Assembly (NCBI GenBank): GCA_963837955.1
Contig: CAWIPH010000002.1
Coordinates: 3,936,001 to 4,000,000 of the forward strand
Length of the DNA: 64,000 nucleotides
Reading direction: 5' to 3'
Source of the DNA: an uncultured Verrucomicrobiae bacterium
GTDB taxonomy: Bacteria > Verrucomicrobiota > Verrucomicrobiia > Chthoniobacterales > JAFAMB01
Both the position numbers and the translations under genes were made by a program. Under the pieces are notes generated by a model. It made no database searches. It worked only from the letters and a program-made list of their open reading frames with translations, and was not told the origin of the DNA. Below, piece after piece: positions 17,791-27,604 of the stretch; position 1 is the stretch's first letter; each line of letters opens with the position of its first letter.

Positions 17791-18285
17791 ATGGCGCAAG
17801 TCCAGGAGTTCGAGACGCTGGTCCGAAATTACCAGAATATGGTGTTTTCGGTTGCGACTAGAATTGTCGGAAGTGTCGCCGATGCCGAAGATATTACCCA
17901 AGAAGTATTTATTAAGGCCTATGACCGGTTTGCCGATCTACAACAGAGTAACTCAATCGGCGGTTGGTTAAAAACCGTCGCAACAAACCTGTCCATCAAT
18001 CACCTGAACCGTTACCGCGCGCGTTGGCGTTTTTTTTCGGAACAAGAAGGCGAACCGGAACTGGCTGCTCCAGTCGAGAAAGTCGACGACCGACGCGAAC
18101 TCTTGGAACTAGCTATTCGGAAACTACCCGATGCACAAAGAGTGCCACTTGTTCTCTTCCACTTCCAAGAATTGAGTTACGAAGAAATTGCTACCAAACT
18201 CGGCATCTCGCTCGCCAAAGTGAAAACGGATATTCATCGGGCTCGGGAAACGCTACGCAAATTGATTGGAAACCGACATGAATGA
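17791..18285 (+). CDS. ECF RNA polymerase sigma factor
   Basis: DAEDITQEVFIKAY and WLKTVATN (region 2); LSYEEIATKLGISLAKVKTDIHRAR (region 4). Confidence 0.92.
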   Translation: MAQVQEFETLVRNYQNMVFSVATRIVGSVADAEDITQEVFIKAYDRFADLQQSNSIGGWLKTVATNLSINHLNRYRARWRFFSEQEGEPELAAPVEKVDDRRELLELAIRKLPDAQRVPLVLFHFQELSYEEIATKLGISLAKVKTDIHRARETLRKLIGNRHE

Positions 18286-18697
18286 TCACGATTGGTTAGA
18301 CGAGGAACTACGAAATCTTCCGGATCTGACCGCACCGACAAACCTGGTTCCAGATGTAATGAAACGGGTTCGGGAACGGGCCAGTCAACCGATATGGATA
18401 AGGTTCTGGCGAGAGCACTGGGCGTTGATTCGCAATTCGAGCCTCGGACTATCATTGGCATTACTGATTCTGCTGGTTTGGCTGAATCCAGCCCGGTTGT
18501 TCTCTTCGCTGGTGGGTGTCTCTCCCATCTTTCGAGTTACGGCTGAGATTTTGGATATCGCAGTAACGATCCTGAATTCGGCTCGAATTTTCCAAATGCC
18601 GCTTTGGCTGGTGGTTCTCGTTATCACGGTCGCGAGCTACGGTACCTGCATCCTGGCCGCCTCAACGGTCCAGCGATTGTCTGCAACAAGATCATGA
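18278..18697 (+). CDS. Putative membrane anti-sigma factor
   Basis: Overlaps the sigma stop; LRNLPDLTAPTNLVPDVMKRV followed by TM helices. Confidence 0.7.
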   Translation: MNDHDWLDEELRNLPDLTAPTNLVPDVMKRVRERASQPIWIRFWREHWALIRNSSLGLSLALLILLVWLNPARLFSSLVGVSPIFRVTAEILDIAVTILNSARIFQMPLWLVVLVITVASYGTCILAASTVQRLSATRS

Positions 18698-20304
18698 AAA
18701 TGATTCTTGCAGCAGGGGTGCTAGGGCTGACGCTGCTCCAGGCAACCGGAAACGACCAAAGTCATCACCTTGATCAATGCCCAATGGAGCATTGGCTGCG
18801 GGTCGCCGAATGGCTCTCTGGCCGGCAAATATCGGCGCAAGTTTCCGCTACTCGGACCGAGCACCATTGGGAAATCGGATCGGACAAAGAGCAAGGCAGT
18901 GTTATTACCGGGCAGAATTTTGTGCTGGAAAAGGGCGAGTCGACCAACGGCGACCTCGTGCTCGTCCGCGGCCATGCCAAGATCGATGGAACGGTGAACG
19001 GGGACTGCGTTCTTGTCGGGAGCGACGCGGATGTCAGCGGAACGATTAACGGCGACACCGTAAGCGTGGCTTCAAAAATGCGATTTTCGCCAGGGACCGT
19101 GGTAAATGGCGACTTTGTCTCCTGCGTCTCCAGCATCTCCGGCGGCGAAAACGTCCACGTCAACGGCGATCGATTCAACCTCGATATCTTCCCTCCCGAC
19201 ACCATTCTCGGATTCGACAAGTGGTTTTCCGGAACCGTCCTGCTGTTGCGCCCGATGTCGCCTGACTCCTTTACCTCATGGTTCGGCGCCCTCTTCGTGC
19301 TGGTGTTCTGCCTGGGTATTGGTGCGCTGTTTCCAAGGCTGCTTGCTGACACCGGAAGGGTTTTGCAAGAGCGCGCGCCCGCTTCATTGCTGTCCGGATT
19401 GGCCATTGTTCCGGCCGCAGCGTTGTTCTGCTTCCTGCTGTTGATCACGGTCTTGGGAATTTTCGTGATTCCCTTTGTGGTCGCGACACTCGTCGTCTTT
19501 TCGCTGATTGGAAATGCCGCCGTTTTTCAAGCGATCGGCCGGCGCCTGGCTCCTAAACTCGAAGAACAGAAGCATGGCACCCTCGCTTGGATTGCGCTCG
19601 GAGCCGTCGTCTGTTGGATTATTTATTGTATCCCGGTGATCGGCTTCCTGGCTGGCAGTCTCGTTTTCCTGGCTGGGTTGGGCGCATTTAGTTTGTACAT
19701 TGTCGACCGCGCGCGCGCGACTCCGGCAGCTCGTTTGAATGCTCCGGCTAAATCAATAACCAACGGCCCCAGCCTGGAATCTGCCCAAGTCCGTCCCGTC
19801 CGAACCTTGGCTCCCGCCGGTATGCCTGATTTCTGGCGGCGTCTTGGCGCAAACTTAATTGACCTCATCGTGCTGTACTCCCTGCTCCAATTCACAGGCA
19901 TAACACGTATCGTGGTTCCCGCGTGGGTGCTTTACCGCTTCGGTATGTACATTTGGAGGAGTGCCACTTTAGGGGAGATCGTCATGAATCTTCGCGTCGA
20001 AAAACTGGATGGCGGTACCTTGGTCGGCGACTACGGCACGGCGTTAGTGCGGGCATTGGCGAGTCTGCTCTCTCTGCTGCCATTGGGGTTGGGATTCCTC
20101 TGGATTTTGTTTGATCCCCAACGGCAGACGTGGCACGACAAGATTAGTGGATCGGCGGTGGTGCCGATCGCTCCTCGAATCGAGCCGAAAAGTCCTCCCC
20201 CACCAACTGATCAACCGCCCGTTGGATCTCCTCCGCCCGATCAGCCGCCGCCGAAACCTCCACCGCCAACGTCTCCGCCACCAATCGAACCCCCAGCAGC
20301 TTAA
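18694..20304 (+). CDS. Membrane protein: bactofilin-like beta-helix + TM bundle + RDD domain + Pro-rich tail
   Basis: GxVxGD repeats; multiple TM segments; FWRRLGANLID...RQTWHDKISG RDD motifs. Confidence 0.8.
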   Translation: MKMILAAGVLGLTLLQATGNDQSHHLDQCPMEHWLRVAEWLSGRQISAQVSATRTEHHWEIGSDKEQGSVITGQNFVLEKGESTNGDLVLVRGHAKIDGTVNGDCVLVGSDADVSGTINGDTVSVASKMRFSPGTVVNGDFVSCVSSISGGENVHVNGDRFNLDIFPPDTILGFDKWFSGTVLLLRPMSPDSFTSWFGALFVLVFCLGIGALFPRLLADTGRVLQERAPASLLSGLAIVPAAALFCFLLLITVLGIFVIPFVVATLVVFSLIGNAAVFQAIGRRLAPKLEEQKHGTLAWIALGAVVCWIIYCIPVIGFLAGSLVFLAGLGAFSLYIVDRARATPAARLNAPAKSITNGPSLESAQVRPVRTLAPAGMPDFWRRLGANLIDLIVLYSLLQFTGITRIVVPAWVLYRFGMYIWRSATLGEIVMNLRVEKLDGGTLVGDYGTALVRALASLLSLLPLGLGFLWILFDPQRQTWHDKISGSAVVPIAPRIEPKSPPPPTDQPPVGSPPPDQPPPKPPPPTSPPPIEPPAA

Positions 20305-20636
20305 CCCGGAAGGTTCGGTGGCGACTGCATCTTGTGATTTTGGCCGCGATCGGTCGCTCTGTGTCGACCTTTCTGGAGTGTCGGACCTTGGGCCTGTCTG
20401 GACAGTCGCCGCTACCGAAGAATGTCGCCATCGTTCGTCCAATGCCCAGAGCGACACGCCACGACACGGCGACTCTCATTTTCTATCAACCGCGAATAGA
20501 TCCGCCTTCGCTGTGCTGGAGCGAAAAAACGGTGCTGAAAAAGCTATGGCGGACAAGCTACTGATGGACGCGAACCGAAGAGAGTGTATTCCTTTAAAAT
20601 TCACGTCCTTTCGTGGCTTGTGAACATCACCAAACA

Positions 20637-22775
20637 ATGTCTAGCATAATTCGAACGCTAGTGCTCTTCACGATGAGCATGCCAGTGTCACTTTCCATTT
20701 CAGCTCCGACTCCGCCGCTGGCACCTCAACACGCTCATCTTATCAGCCAGCAGGGACTAAATCGGAATGACCCGTTTTTCTGGCTACGCGATAAGACAAA
20801 CCCAGAAACGATCAAATACCTGGAAGCCGAGAATCGGTACACCGATCTGGTGCTCAAACCGGTGCAAGGGCTACGAGAAAAATTGTATCACGAGATGCGA
20901 GGACGCATTCAGGAAACGGATCTCTCGGTTCCCTGCCGAATCGACGATTACTATTACTATTCGCGTAGTGAAGCTGGAAAGCAGTACGAAATCTTTTGCC
21001 GCAAGAAAGGCGATTTGAACGCGCCCGAGGAAATACTCTTAGATGAAAACTTGCTGGCTAAAGGACTTAAGTATTTCAGCGTCGGTGTGTGCTCGGTAAG
21101 TCCCGATCACCGCCTGCTTGCTTATTCTGTGGATACCGATGGTGGAGAAGAATTCACGCTTCGGATAAAGAATCTGGAAACCGGAGAGTTGCTGCCCGAC
21201 ACCATAACCGGTTCTTCCTATTCTTTTGCTTGGGCCAACGACAGTCGCTCGTTCTTTTACGATCAACTCGATGCCGCCAAACGGCCGTTCAAGGCGATGC
21301 ACCACACCCTCGGCAGCAGCGTCCACACGGACCGCGTCATCCTGGAAGAACCGGACGAGCGCTTCGAGCTTTCCATCTCAAAGTCTCGCAGCCGAGAGTT
21401 CATTTTCTTTGAAGTCGAAAGTAAGTTGGCTACCGAGGTTCGCTTTGTTCACGCTGATCGTCCGGACGAAACCCCTTTCTTGATCCAAGCTCGGGAAAAA
21501 GAGTTGATCTATCATGTCGATCATCACGGAGATCGCTTTTTTCTGGTTACCAACGACAACGCAAAAAATTTCAAGATTGTTTCGGCTCCGGTTGACCGGC
21601 CGTCGAAAGAAAATTGGTCCGATTTCGTTCCATACGATCCGGATATCGCCATCAGCGGAATAGACGCATTTAAGAATCATTTGGTTGTGCTGGAACGGCG
21701 ACGCGGATTGCCGATCGTTCGGGTCTACAACCTGGAGACAGGTGAGAGTCAAGATATCGATTTTGCGGAACCTGCTTACTGCGTCGAATTGGGTGAAAAT
21801 CCCGAATTCACCTCCAGCACCGTCCGGCTGGCATTCAGTTCTCTCATTACTCCGAATTCAGTGATCGATTACGACATGGTCGCGAAGACCAAGACCACCC
21901 GGAAACAGATGCCGGTGCTCGGAGGTTTTGATCGAGATCGGTATACCGAAGAGCAGATATACGCCAAAGCAAATGACGGGGCAGAGATTCCGATCTCCTT
22001 ATTTTATCGGAAAGGCTTTCAGCGAAACGGATCAGCGCCGATCTTTCTTACCGGCTATGGCGCTTACGGCGACAGTGAAGAGTCAGAATTTAGCGCTACG
22101 CGACTCAGCCTGGTAGATCGAGGGTTTGTGTTCGCAATTGCTCATATTCGAGGAGGCGGCGAGCTGGGAAGAACCTGGTACGAAGACGGCAAGCTGTTAA
22201 AGAAGAAAAACACATTCACCGACTTCACCCGTTGCGCGGAATACCTGTTGGAGCAGAAATACGGTTCTCCACATGCGCTTGCGATTTATGGCGGCAGCGC
22301 GGGCGGGTTGTTGATGGGTAGCGTGATGAATATGCGCCCAGACCTTTTCAAGACTGTGATTGCCGCAGTGCCGTTCGTCGACGTGTTAAATACTATGTCC
22401 GACCCGTCGCTTCCGCTCACCGTTACCGAATACGAGGAATGGGGAAACCCGGCAGACCCGAAATACTACGATTATATTCGGTCTTATTCTCCGTACGATA
22501 ACATCGAGAACCGGCTCTACCCGAACCTTTTCGTGACAGCTGGATTAAACGATCCTCGGGTAAGCTACTGGGAGCCAGCAAAATGGGTCGCCAAACAACG
22601 TGCACTCAACAAGCAGAACCGCTCATTGCTGCTCTACACCAACATGGGTGCCGGGCACCACGGTGAAAGCGGGCGTTTTGATCGGCTGAAGACCTACGCG
22701 ATGGAGTATGCGTTTCTACTACAGACGTTCGGTATGACCGGATCTGAGTCTGCGGTCGCTCGAATCAATAATTAG
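20637..22775 (+). CDS. ptrB: Oligopeptidase B (S9A prolyl oligopeptidase family)
   Basis: DPFFWLRD, GYGAYG, GGSAGG nucleophile, DPRVSYWEPAKW and AGH motifs. Confidence 0.93.
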   Translation: MSSIIRTLVLFTMSMPVSLSISAPTPPLAPQHAHLISQQGLNRNDPFFWLRDKTNPETIKYLEAENRYTDLVLKPVQGLREKLYHEMRGRIQETDLSVPCRIDDYYYYSRSEAGKQYEIFCRKKGDLNAPEEILLDENLLAKGLKYFSVGVCSVSPDHRLLAYSVDTDGGEEFTLRIKNLETGELLPDTITGSSYSFAWANDSRSFFYDQLDAAKRPFKAMHHTLGSSVHTDRVILEEPDERFELSISKSRSREFIFFEVESKLATEVRFVHADRPDETPFLIQAREKELIYHVDHHGDRFFLVTNDNAKNFKIVSAPVDRPSKENWSDFVPYDPDIAISGIDAFKNHLVVLERRRGLPIVRVYNLETGESQDIDFAEPAYCVELGENPEFTSSTVRLAFSSLITPNSVIDYDMVAKTKTTRKQMPVLGGFDRDRYTEEQIYAKANDGAEIPISLFYRKGFQRNGSAPIFLTGYGAYGDSEESEFSATRLSLVDRGFVFAIAHIRGGGELGRTWYEDGKLLKKKNTFTDFTRCAEYLLEQKYGSPHALAIYGGSAGGLLMGSVMNMRPDLFKTVIAAVPFVDVLNTMSDPSLPLTVTEYEEWGNPADPKYYDYIRSYSPYDNIENRLYPNLFVTAGLNDPRVSYWEPAKWVAKQRALNKQNRSLLLYTNMGAGHHGESGRFDRLKTYAMEYAFLLQTFGMTGSESAVARINN

Positions 22776-22858
22776 TCAAAGATTAGTAGCCAGAAACAGG
22801 ATTGCGGATTGACCGGCTGGCCGACGGCAGGTTAGGAAATGATTTCTTTTTCCACCGC

Positions 22859-24937
22859 GTGAATCAAGACGTTTCCAAGCCCAAATCCGTCAATTGGCCA
22901 TCCATCGAGGGCTCTCCCAACCCACTCGGTGTCACGTACCTACCCGAAGAAAACGCTTACAACTTTGCGCTATACTCCCAGAACGCGCGGGAGGTGACTC
23001 TGCTTTTCTATAGCGCGGACGATTTTGTAACTCCAGTCTTCGAGACGCCGCTGGATCCGTTTAGTCACAAAACCAAGCGGGTATGGCACTGCCGTCTTAG
23101 GCTGGAACAACTTGCGCATGTCCGTTATTACGCCTACCGAGTCAACGGGCCGGCTCCTCACGCGCCAAACCAGTGGCATTCTTTTGATCCCGAAAAAATT
23201 CTGCACGATCCGTACGCCAAAGCGCTTTTTTTTCCTCCCGAATTTAGCCGCGAAGCCGCAAAAAAGCCGGGGAGCAATGCGGGACGCGCACCCCTCGGTG
23301 TGCTGTCACCGCCAACAGCTGGAAACAATCGACCTTCCGTTTCTCCACCGCGTCATTACTCAGATGCAATCATTTATGAAATGCATGTCCGCGGATTTAC
23401 AGCGAATCCCACTGGCGGTGTTGCAGTAGAACGCCGCGGGACTTTCGCCGGGATTGTCGAGAAGATCCCATATCTGGTTGACCTCGGAGTCACGATTGTC
23501 GAACTGATGCCGGTTCATCAGTTTGATCCCCAGGAAAACAATTATTGGGGGTACATGACCCTCAACTTTTTCTGTCCGCACCTCGCTTACGCCTCGCGAC
23601 CCGAAACGCCGGTCGAGGAATTTAAAGAACTAGTTTCTGCGCTGCATGCGCACGGTATCGAAGTCATTCTTGACGTAGTCTACAACCACACAACGGAAGC
23701 AGACCACTCGGGTCCCACCTACTCTTTCAAAGGGATTGATAACGCCGGCTTTTACTTGATGACGTCGGATCCATCTCAACCCTACGCCAACTTCTCCGGC
23801 ACCGGCAATACCCTTAATCCGACTAACCCGTTGGTCCGAAACCTGATTCTGGACAGCCTCCGTTATTGGGTAACCGAAATGGGAGTGGATGGATTTCGAT
23901 TTGACCTAGCTACAGTGCTGACGCGGAGAGATGACGGCGGCATCGACTCCGAGGATCCTCCACTACTTTCTGCAATGCGAACGGACCCTGTGCTGAGTCA
24001 GGTGCGCCTCATCGCTGAGCCCTGGGACGCCGGTGGCGCATATCAACTAGGGACCGGTTTCCCCGGGATGTTCTGGCACCAATGGAACGGGCAGTTTCGG
24101 GACGATATCCGCCGCTTCGTGCGCGGTGACCCCGGAATGGTGCCAAAAGTGATGCAACGGTTGTACGGGAGCGATGACCTATTTCCCGACCGGATCGAAG
24201 AAGCTCGACGCCCGTTCTACAGCATTAACTACGTCATCTCGCACGATGGCTTTACCTTATACGATCTCGTTTCGTTTGAGCGACGCCACAACCTGGAGAA
24301 TGGCCACCAGAACCTAGATGGACCGGCCGACGACTATAGCTTCAACTGCGGGGCCGAAGGCGACGAAATGCTTACCCCGGAGATTTTGTCCCTGCGGAAG
24401 CGACAAGCCAAGAACCTTTTCTGTTTGCTGATGCTCTCCAACGGCATTCCAATGTTCGCTGCTGGAGATGAATTTTTGCATACGCAAAATGGAAATAGCA
24501 ATCCGTACAATCAGGATAACTCAACCGCTTGGCTGGATTGGAGCCGGCTAGAGCGAAACGCCGATTTTTTTCGCTTCTGTAAACGGATGATCGCTTTCCG
24601 CAAGGCGCATCCAAGCATCTGCCGCAGCCGTTTCTGGCGAGATGACATTCGCTGGCGAGGCGTGGGTGCAGCAACCGATCTTGGTTTCAACTCGCATACT
24701 TTTGCCTATTATTTGAAAGGTAACAGCTATGACGATCAGGATCTGTACGTCATGGTTAACGCTTCAACCGAACCGCTCGACTTCACGATTTTCGATGGAT
24801 TATCGAAGCCCTGGTATCGCGTGCTCGATACGAGTCTGGCCTCGCCGAACGATTTTTGCGAACCAGGCGGGGAAGAAAGAGTAATCGGCTCACAATACCG
24901 AGTCGACGCCAGATCGATCGTGGTACTGATTCATTAG
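22859..24937 (+). CDS. glgX: Glycogen debranching enzyme / isoamylase (GH13_11)
   Basis: NYWGY, DVVYNHT, VDGFRFDLA, IAEPWD and SHDGFTLYDLV motifs; start codon uncertain. Confidence 0.9.
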   Translation: MNQDVSKPKSVNWPSIEGSPNPLGVTYLPEENAYNFALYSQNAREVTLLFYSADDFVTPVFETPLDPFSHKTKRVWHCRLRLEQLAHVRYYAYRVNGPAPHAPNQWHSFDPEKILHDPYAKALFFPPEFSREAAKKPGSNAGRAPLGVLSPPTAGNNRPSVSPPRHYSDAIIYEMHVRGFTANPTGGVAVERRGTFAGIVEKIPYLVDLGVTIVELMPVHQFDPQENNYWGYMTLNFFCPHLAYASRPETPVEEFKELVSALHAHGIEVILDVVYNHTTEADHSGPTYSFKGIDNAGFYLMTSDPSQPYANFSGTGNTLNPTNPLVRNLILDSLRYWVTEMGVDGFRFDLATVLTRRDDGGIDSEDPPLLSAMRTDPVLSQVRLIAEPWDAGGAYQLGTGFPGMFWHQWNGQFRDDIRRFVRGDPGMVPKVMQRLYGSDDLFPDRIEEARRPFYSINYVISHDGFTLYDLVSFERRHNLENGHQNLDGPADDYSFNCGAEGDEMLTPEILSLRKRQAKNLFCLLMLSNGIPMFAAGDEFLHTQNGNSNPYNQDNSTAWLDWSRLERNADFFRFCKRMIAFRKAHPSICRSRFWRDDIRWRGVGAATDLGFNSHTFAYYLKGNSYDDQDLYVMVNASTEPLDFTIFDGLSKPWYRVLDTSLASPNDFCEPGGEERVIGSQYRVDARSIVVLIH

Positions 24938-24999
24938 GATTGGCGGTTACTGTCCGGCGACGCTCGTGCGCGTGAACATGAAGCCGGCATCTGATTCTC

Positions 25000-25362
25000 T
25001 GCCCCGGAAGGGGGAGGGCGCACGTCCTCGTGCGCCGCGGATCGCGAGGACGCGATCCCTCCCGCCCCGGGGTTTTAACCCCGGGAAACATCCAATCAAA
25101 CGATCCGCCCTGAAGGGCGCAAGGCTCATCTGGATCAGTCCCAAACATGTCGCTCATGGGGGCTATTGTAGCAATGGTACTCGGTTAAGGCGGAGAAGAT
25201 GGCGTGTAACAATTCCACCGCGAGCGATCGACGCATTATATCTTGATCTAACGCCCTTTGACGGCGATCGCGGGGGACACCTTTCCCCGGGGTTAAAACC
25301 CCGGGCGGGAGAGATCGCGTCCTCGCGATCCGCGGCGCACGAGGACGTGCGCCCTCCCCTCC
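25000..25362. repeat. REPIN-like inverted pair, family A, with CCCCGGGGTTTTAACCCCGGG palindrome
   Basis: Arms at about 25009-25087 and 25283-25360 are reverse complements; located between convergent genes. Confidence 0.85.
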
Positions 25363-25364
25363 GG

Positions 25365-27215
25365 TCAAACGGGCAATCCGCTGGCCTGTTCCACGAGTTG
25401 TTCCCACTCCGGCAACAACGCCGCAAGTTGGTCGGTCACTTGTTTCAATTCGAGTCCAGTAGCTTCGGAGTCTCGCCCGCTCTGACTCTCCAGGGTACTC
25501 ACCAAAACATTTTGGCGCTGCTCAAGCGCCACGATCTGTTGCTCTATTTTTGACAACCGAGCTCGTAACTCCTGCCGAGCCCGAGATTTAACTTGCCGCT
25601 CTTCCGCCTCGCGGCGCTTACGTTCCTTCCCATCATGGTTTCCGGTGGTCGACGATTCCCAAATATCCCGTTGTGGGTTTTTGGCGCCATTCAGCATCGC
25701 TGCATCTCTGGCGGATTTATCCAAGTAATAATCGTAATCACCCGGAAAAAAGACAACCTCTCCAGAATCAACCTGAAACACCGAAGTCGCTATCTGACGA
25801 ATAAAATAAACATCGTGGCTGATAAAAATTAGCGTCCCTTGATATTGTCGCAGCGCGCCCAGGAGCGCTTCGATGCTTCGCATATCTAAATGCGTTGTTG
25901 GCTCATCCATCAACAGCAGGTTCGGCGGAGCGAGCAGAAGTTTTGCCAGCGCTAAGCGGCTTTTCTCACCCCCACTCAAAACGGACACCGGCTTAAACGC
26001 ATCATCACCGGTAAAAAGAAATGATCCCAAGATCGACCGGACCGCTTGCTCGCCAGGCGGATTAGGAATGTCCGAGGCCTCCGCCAGCACGGTCCGATTC
26101 AGATCAAACATCTCTACCCGATGTTGGGAAAAATAGCCGAGCTCCACGTTGTGGCCCAAGGTTCGTTCACCTTGTTGAACCGGCAATACTCCAGCCAACA
26201 GCTTTAGAAGCGTCGACTTGCCGGCTCCGTTCGGGCCGACCAGCACGCTTTTCTGGCCGCGCTCAATCGTTAGATTCAGTCCGCGGTAGACGACCTGGTC
26301 ACCATAAGCGTGACGAAGGTCTTTCAGCACGAGCACGCGAGCACCGCTCCGCGCCGGTTGCGGAAACCGAAAGTGTACGGAAGCCGACTCCGGCTCGGGC
26401 GCCTCGATCCGCTCCATTCGATCAATCTGTTTGCGTTTGCTTTGGGCCTGAGATGCCTTGGTGTTTTTCGCACCGAATCGATCAATGAACGTCTGGAGTT
26501 TCGCGATCTCGCGTTGCTGATTCTTAAAAGCAGCAAGTTGTTGATCGCGCCGGGCGGTTCGCTGGAGAACGTACTCCTCGTAGTCGCCTTGGTAGTGGAG
26601 CAGCTTTCCACGGTCGAACTCGACGATTTTCTTCACGATCGCGTTCAGGAACGCACGGTCATGAGAGATTAGGACGATGGCGCCACTATATTCCCGCAGA
26701 TAATGTTGTAGCCAGGTAACCGACTGGAGATCGAGATGGTTGGTCGGTTCGTCTAACAGCAGAAGGTCCGGCTGCGCAACGAGCAATCGAGCGAGATGGG
26801 CCCGGATAATCCATCCGCCGCTAAATTCCGAGGTTGGCCGGTTAAAATCGCGCTCACGAAAGGCTAGCCCATTCAAGATCCTCTTGGCCTTAGCTTCCAG
26901 CTGATGATCCGGTTCATCGATCAGTACGGCGGCGTCAGTGTTTGCACCTTCTCCGAACAGCGCGAGCTCCAGAATCGTCTTCGTACCAGTCGGCGCGCTT
27001 TCTTGAGGAAGATACCCGATTCGCGCGTTCTTCTGGAGCGCGACCGTGCCCTTATCCGGGGAATCCTGGCCGAGAATAAGCGAAAACAGCGTTGATTTAC
27101 CCGCGCCGTTCGGACCTATGAGACCGATTCGATCACCCCGATTTACCTGCAACGAGACATCGGTAAAAAGTGTTCTCGCGCCAAAGGCTTTGCTGACTTG
27201 CGAGATGGTGAGCAT
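25365..27215 (-). CDS. ABC-F family ATP-binding protein
   Basis: Two GPNGAGKST Walker A motifs, LLDEPTNHLD, linker and C-terminal coiled coil; no TM segments. Confidence 0.93.
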   Translation of the reverse strand: MLTISQVSKAFGARTLFTDVSLQVNRGDRIGLIGPNGAGKSTLFSLILGQDSPDKGTVALQKNARIGYLPQESAPTGTKTILELALFGEGANTDAAVLIDEPDHQLEAKAKRILNGLAFRERDFNRPTSEFSGGWIIRAHLARLLVAQPDLLLLDEPTNHLDLQSVTWLQHYLREYSGAIVLISHDRAFLNAIVKKIVEFDRGKLLHYQGDYEEYVLQRTARRDQQLAAFKNQQREIAKLQTFIDRFGAKNTKASQAQSKRKQIDRMERIEAPEPESASVHFRFPQPARSGARVLVLKDLRHAYGDQVVYRGLNLTIERGQKSVLVGPNGAGKSTLLKLLAGVLPVQQGERTLGHNVELGYFSQHRVEMFDLNRTVLAEASDIPNPPGEQAVRSILGSFLFTGDDAFKPVSVLSGGEKSRLALAKLLLAPPNLLLMDEPTTHLDMRSIEALLGALRQYQGTLIFISHDVYFIRQIATSVFQVDSGEVVFFPGDYDYYLDKSARDAAMLNGAKNPQRDIWESSTTGNHDGKERKRREAEERQVKSRARQELRARLSKIEQQIVALEQRQNVLVSTLESQSGRDSEATGLELKQVTDQLAALLPEWEQLVEQASGLPV

Positions 27216-27307
27216 GGAGCGCCTAGCTTACACGAGAACGCAGGCAATTAAAGTTGACGGTTAACGGTTGGCGTTCGGCCGGTAGGCACCGGCTCCTGAG
27301 AGAAGTC

Positions 27308-27534
27308 GTCCCGGAGGGACTCAATGAAAGTAGCCCAGTACGAAGTGCTGGGAAATCATGCAAAAAGAGACGTCCGTCCCGTCCGGGACGATAGAAGCGT
27401 TTTGGTTCCTGGTCCTCTCGTATGCGGCTTCACGAGCGTAAGGAGCCATCGATCGTCCCGTCCGGGACGGGTTGTTTTTTGAACGCCACCCCAGCACTTC
27501 GTGCTGGGCTACTTTCATTGAGTCCCTCCGGGAC
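27308..27534. repeat. REPIN-like inverted pair, family C
   Basis: Arm GTCCCGGAGGGACTCAATGAAAGTAGCCCAGTACGAAGTGCTGGG is mirrored at about 27491-27534; a related copy lies at about 62950-63128. Confidence 0.85.
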
Positions 27535-27604
27535 CAATCGTCTCGGGAGCCGGTCCCTACCGAGCGTCGAGGCTTTTCGCCTACCAACATAGGCAGGTTG
27601 CGCC

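Noticed and set aside
20185..20300. Repetitive CCG/CCA-rich tract
   Set aside because: Explained by the Pro-rich C-terminal tail of the RDD protein.
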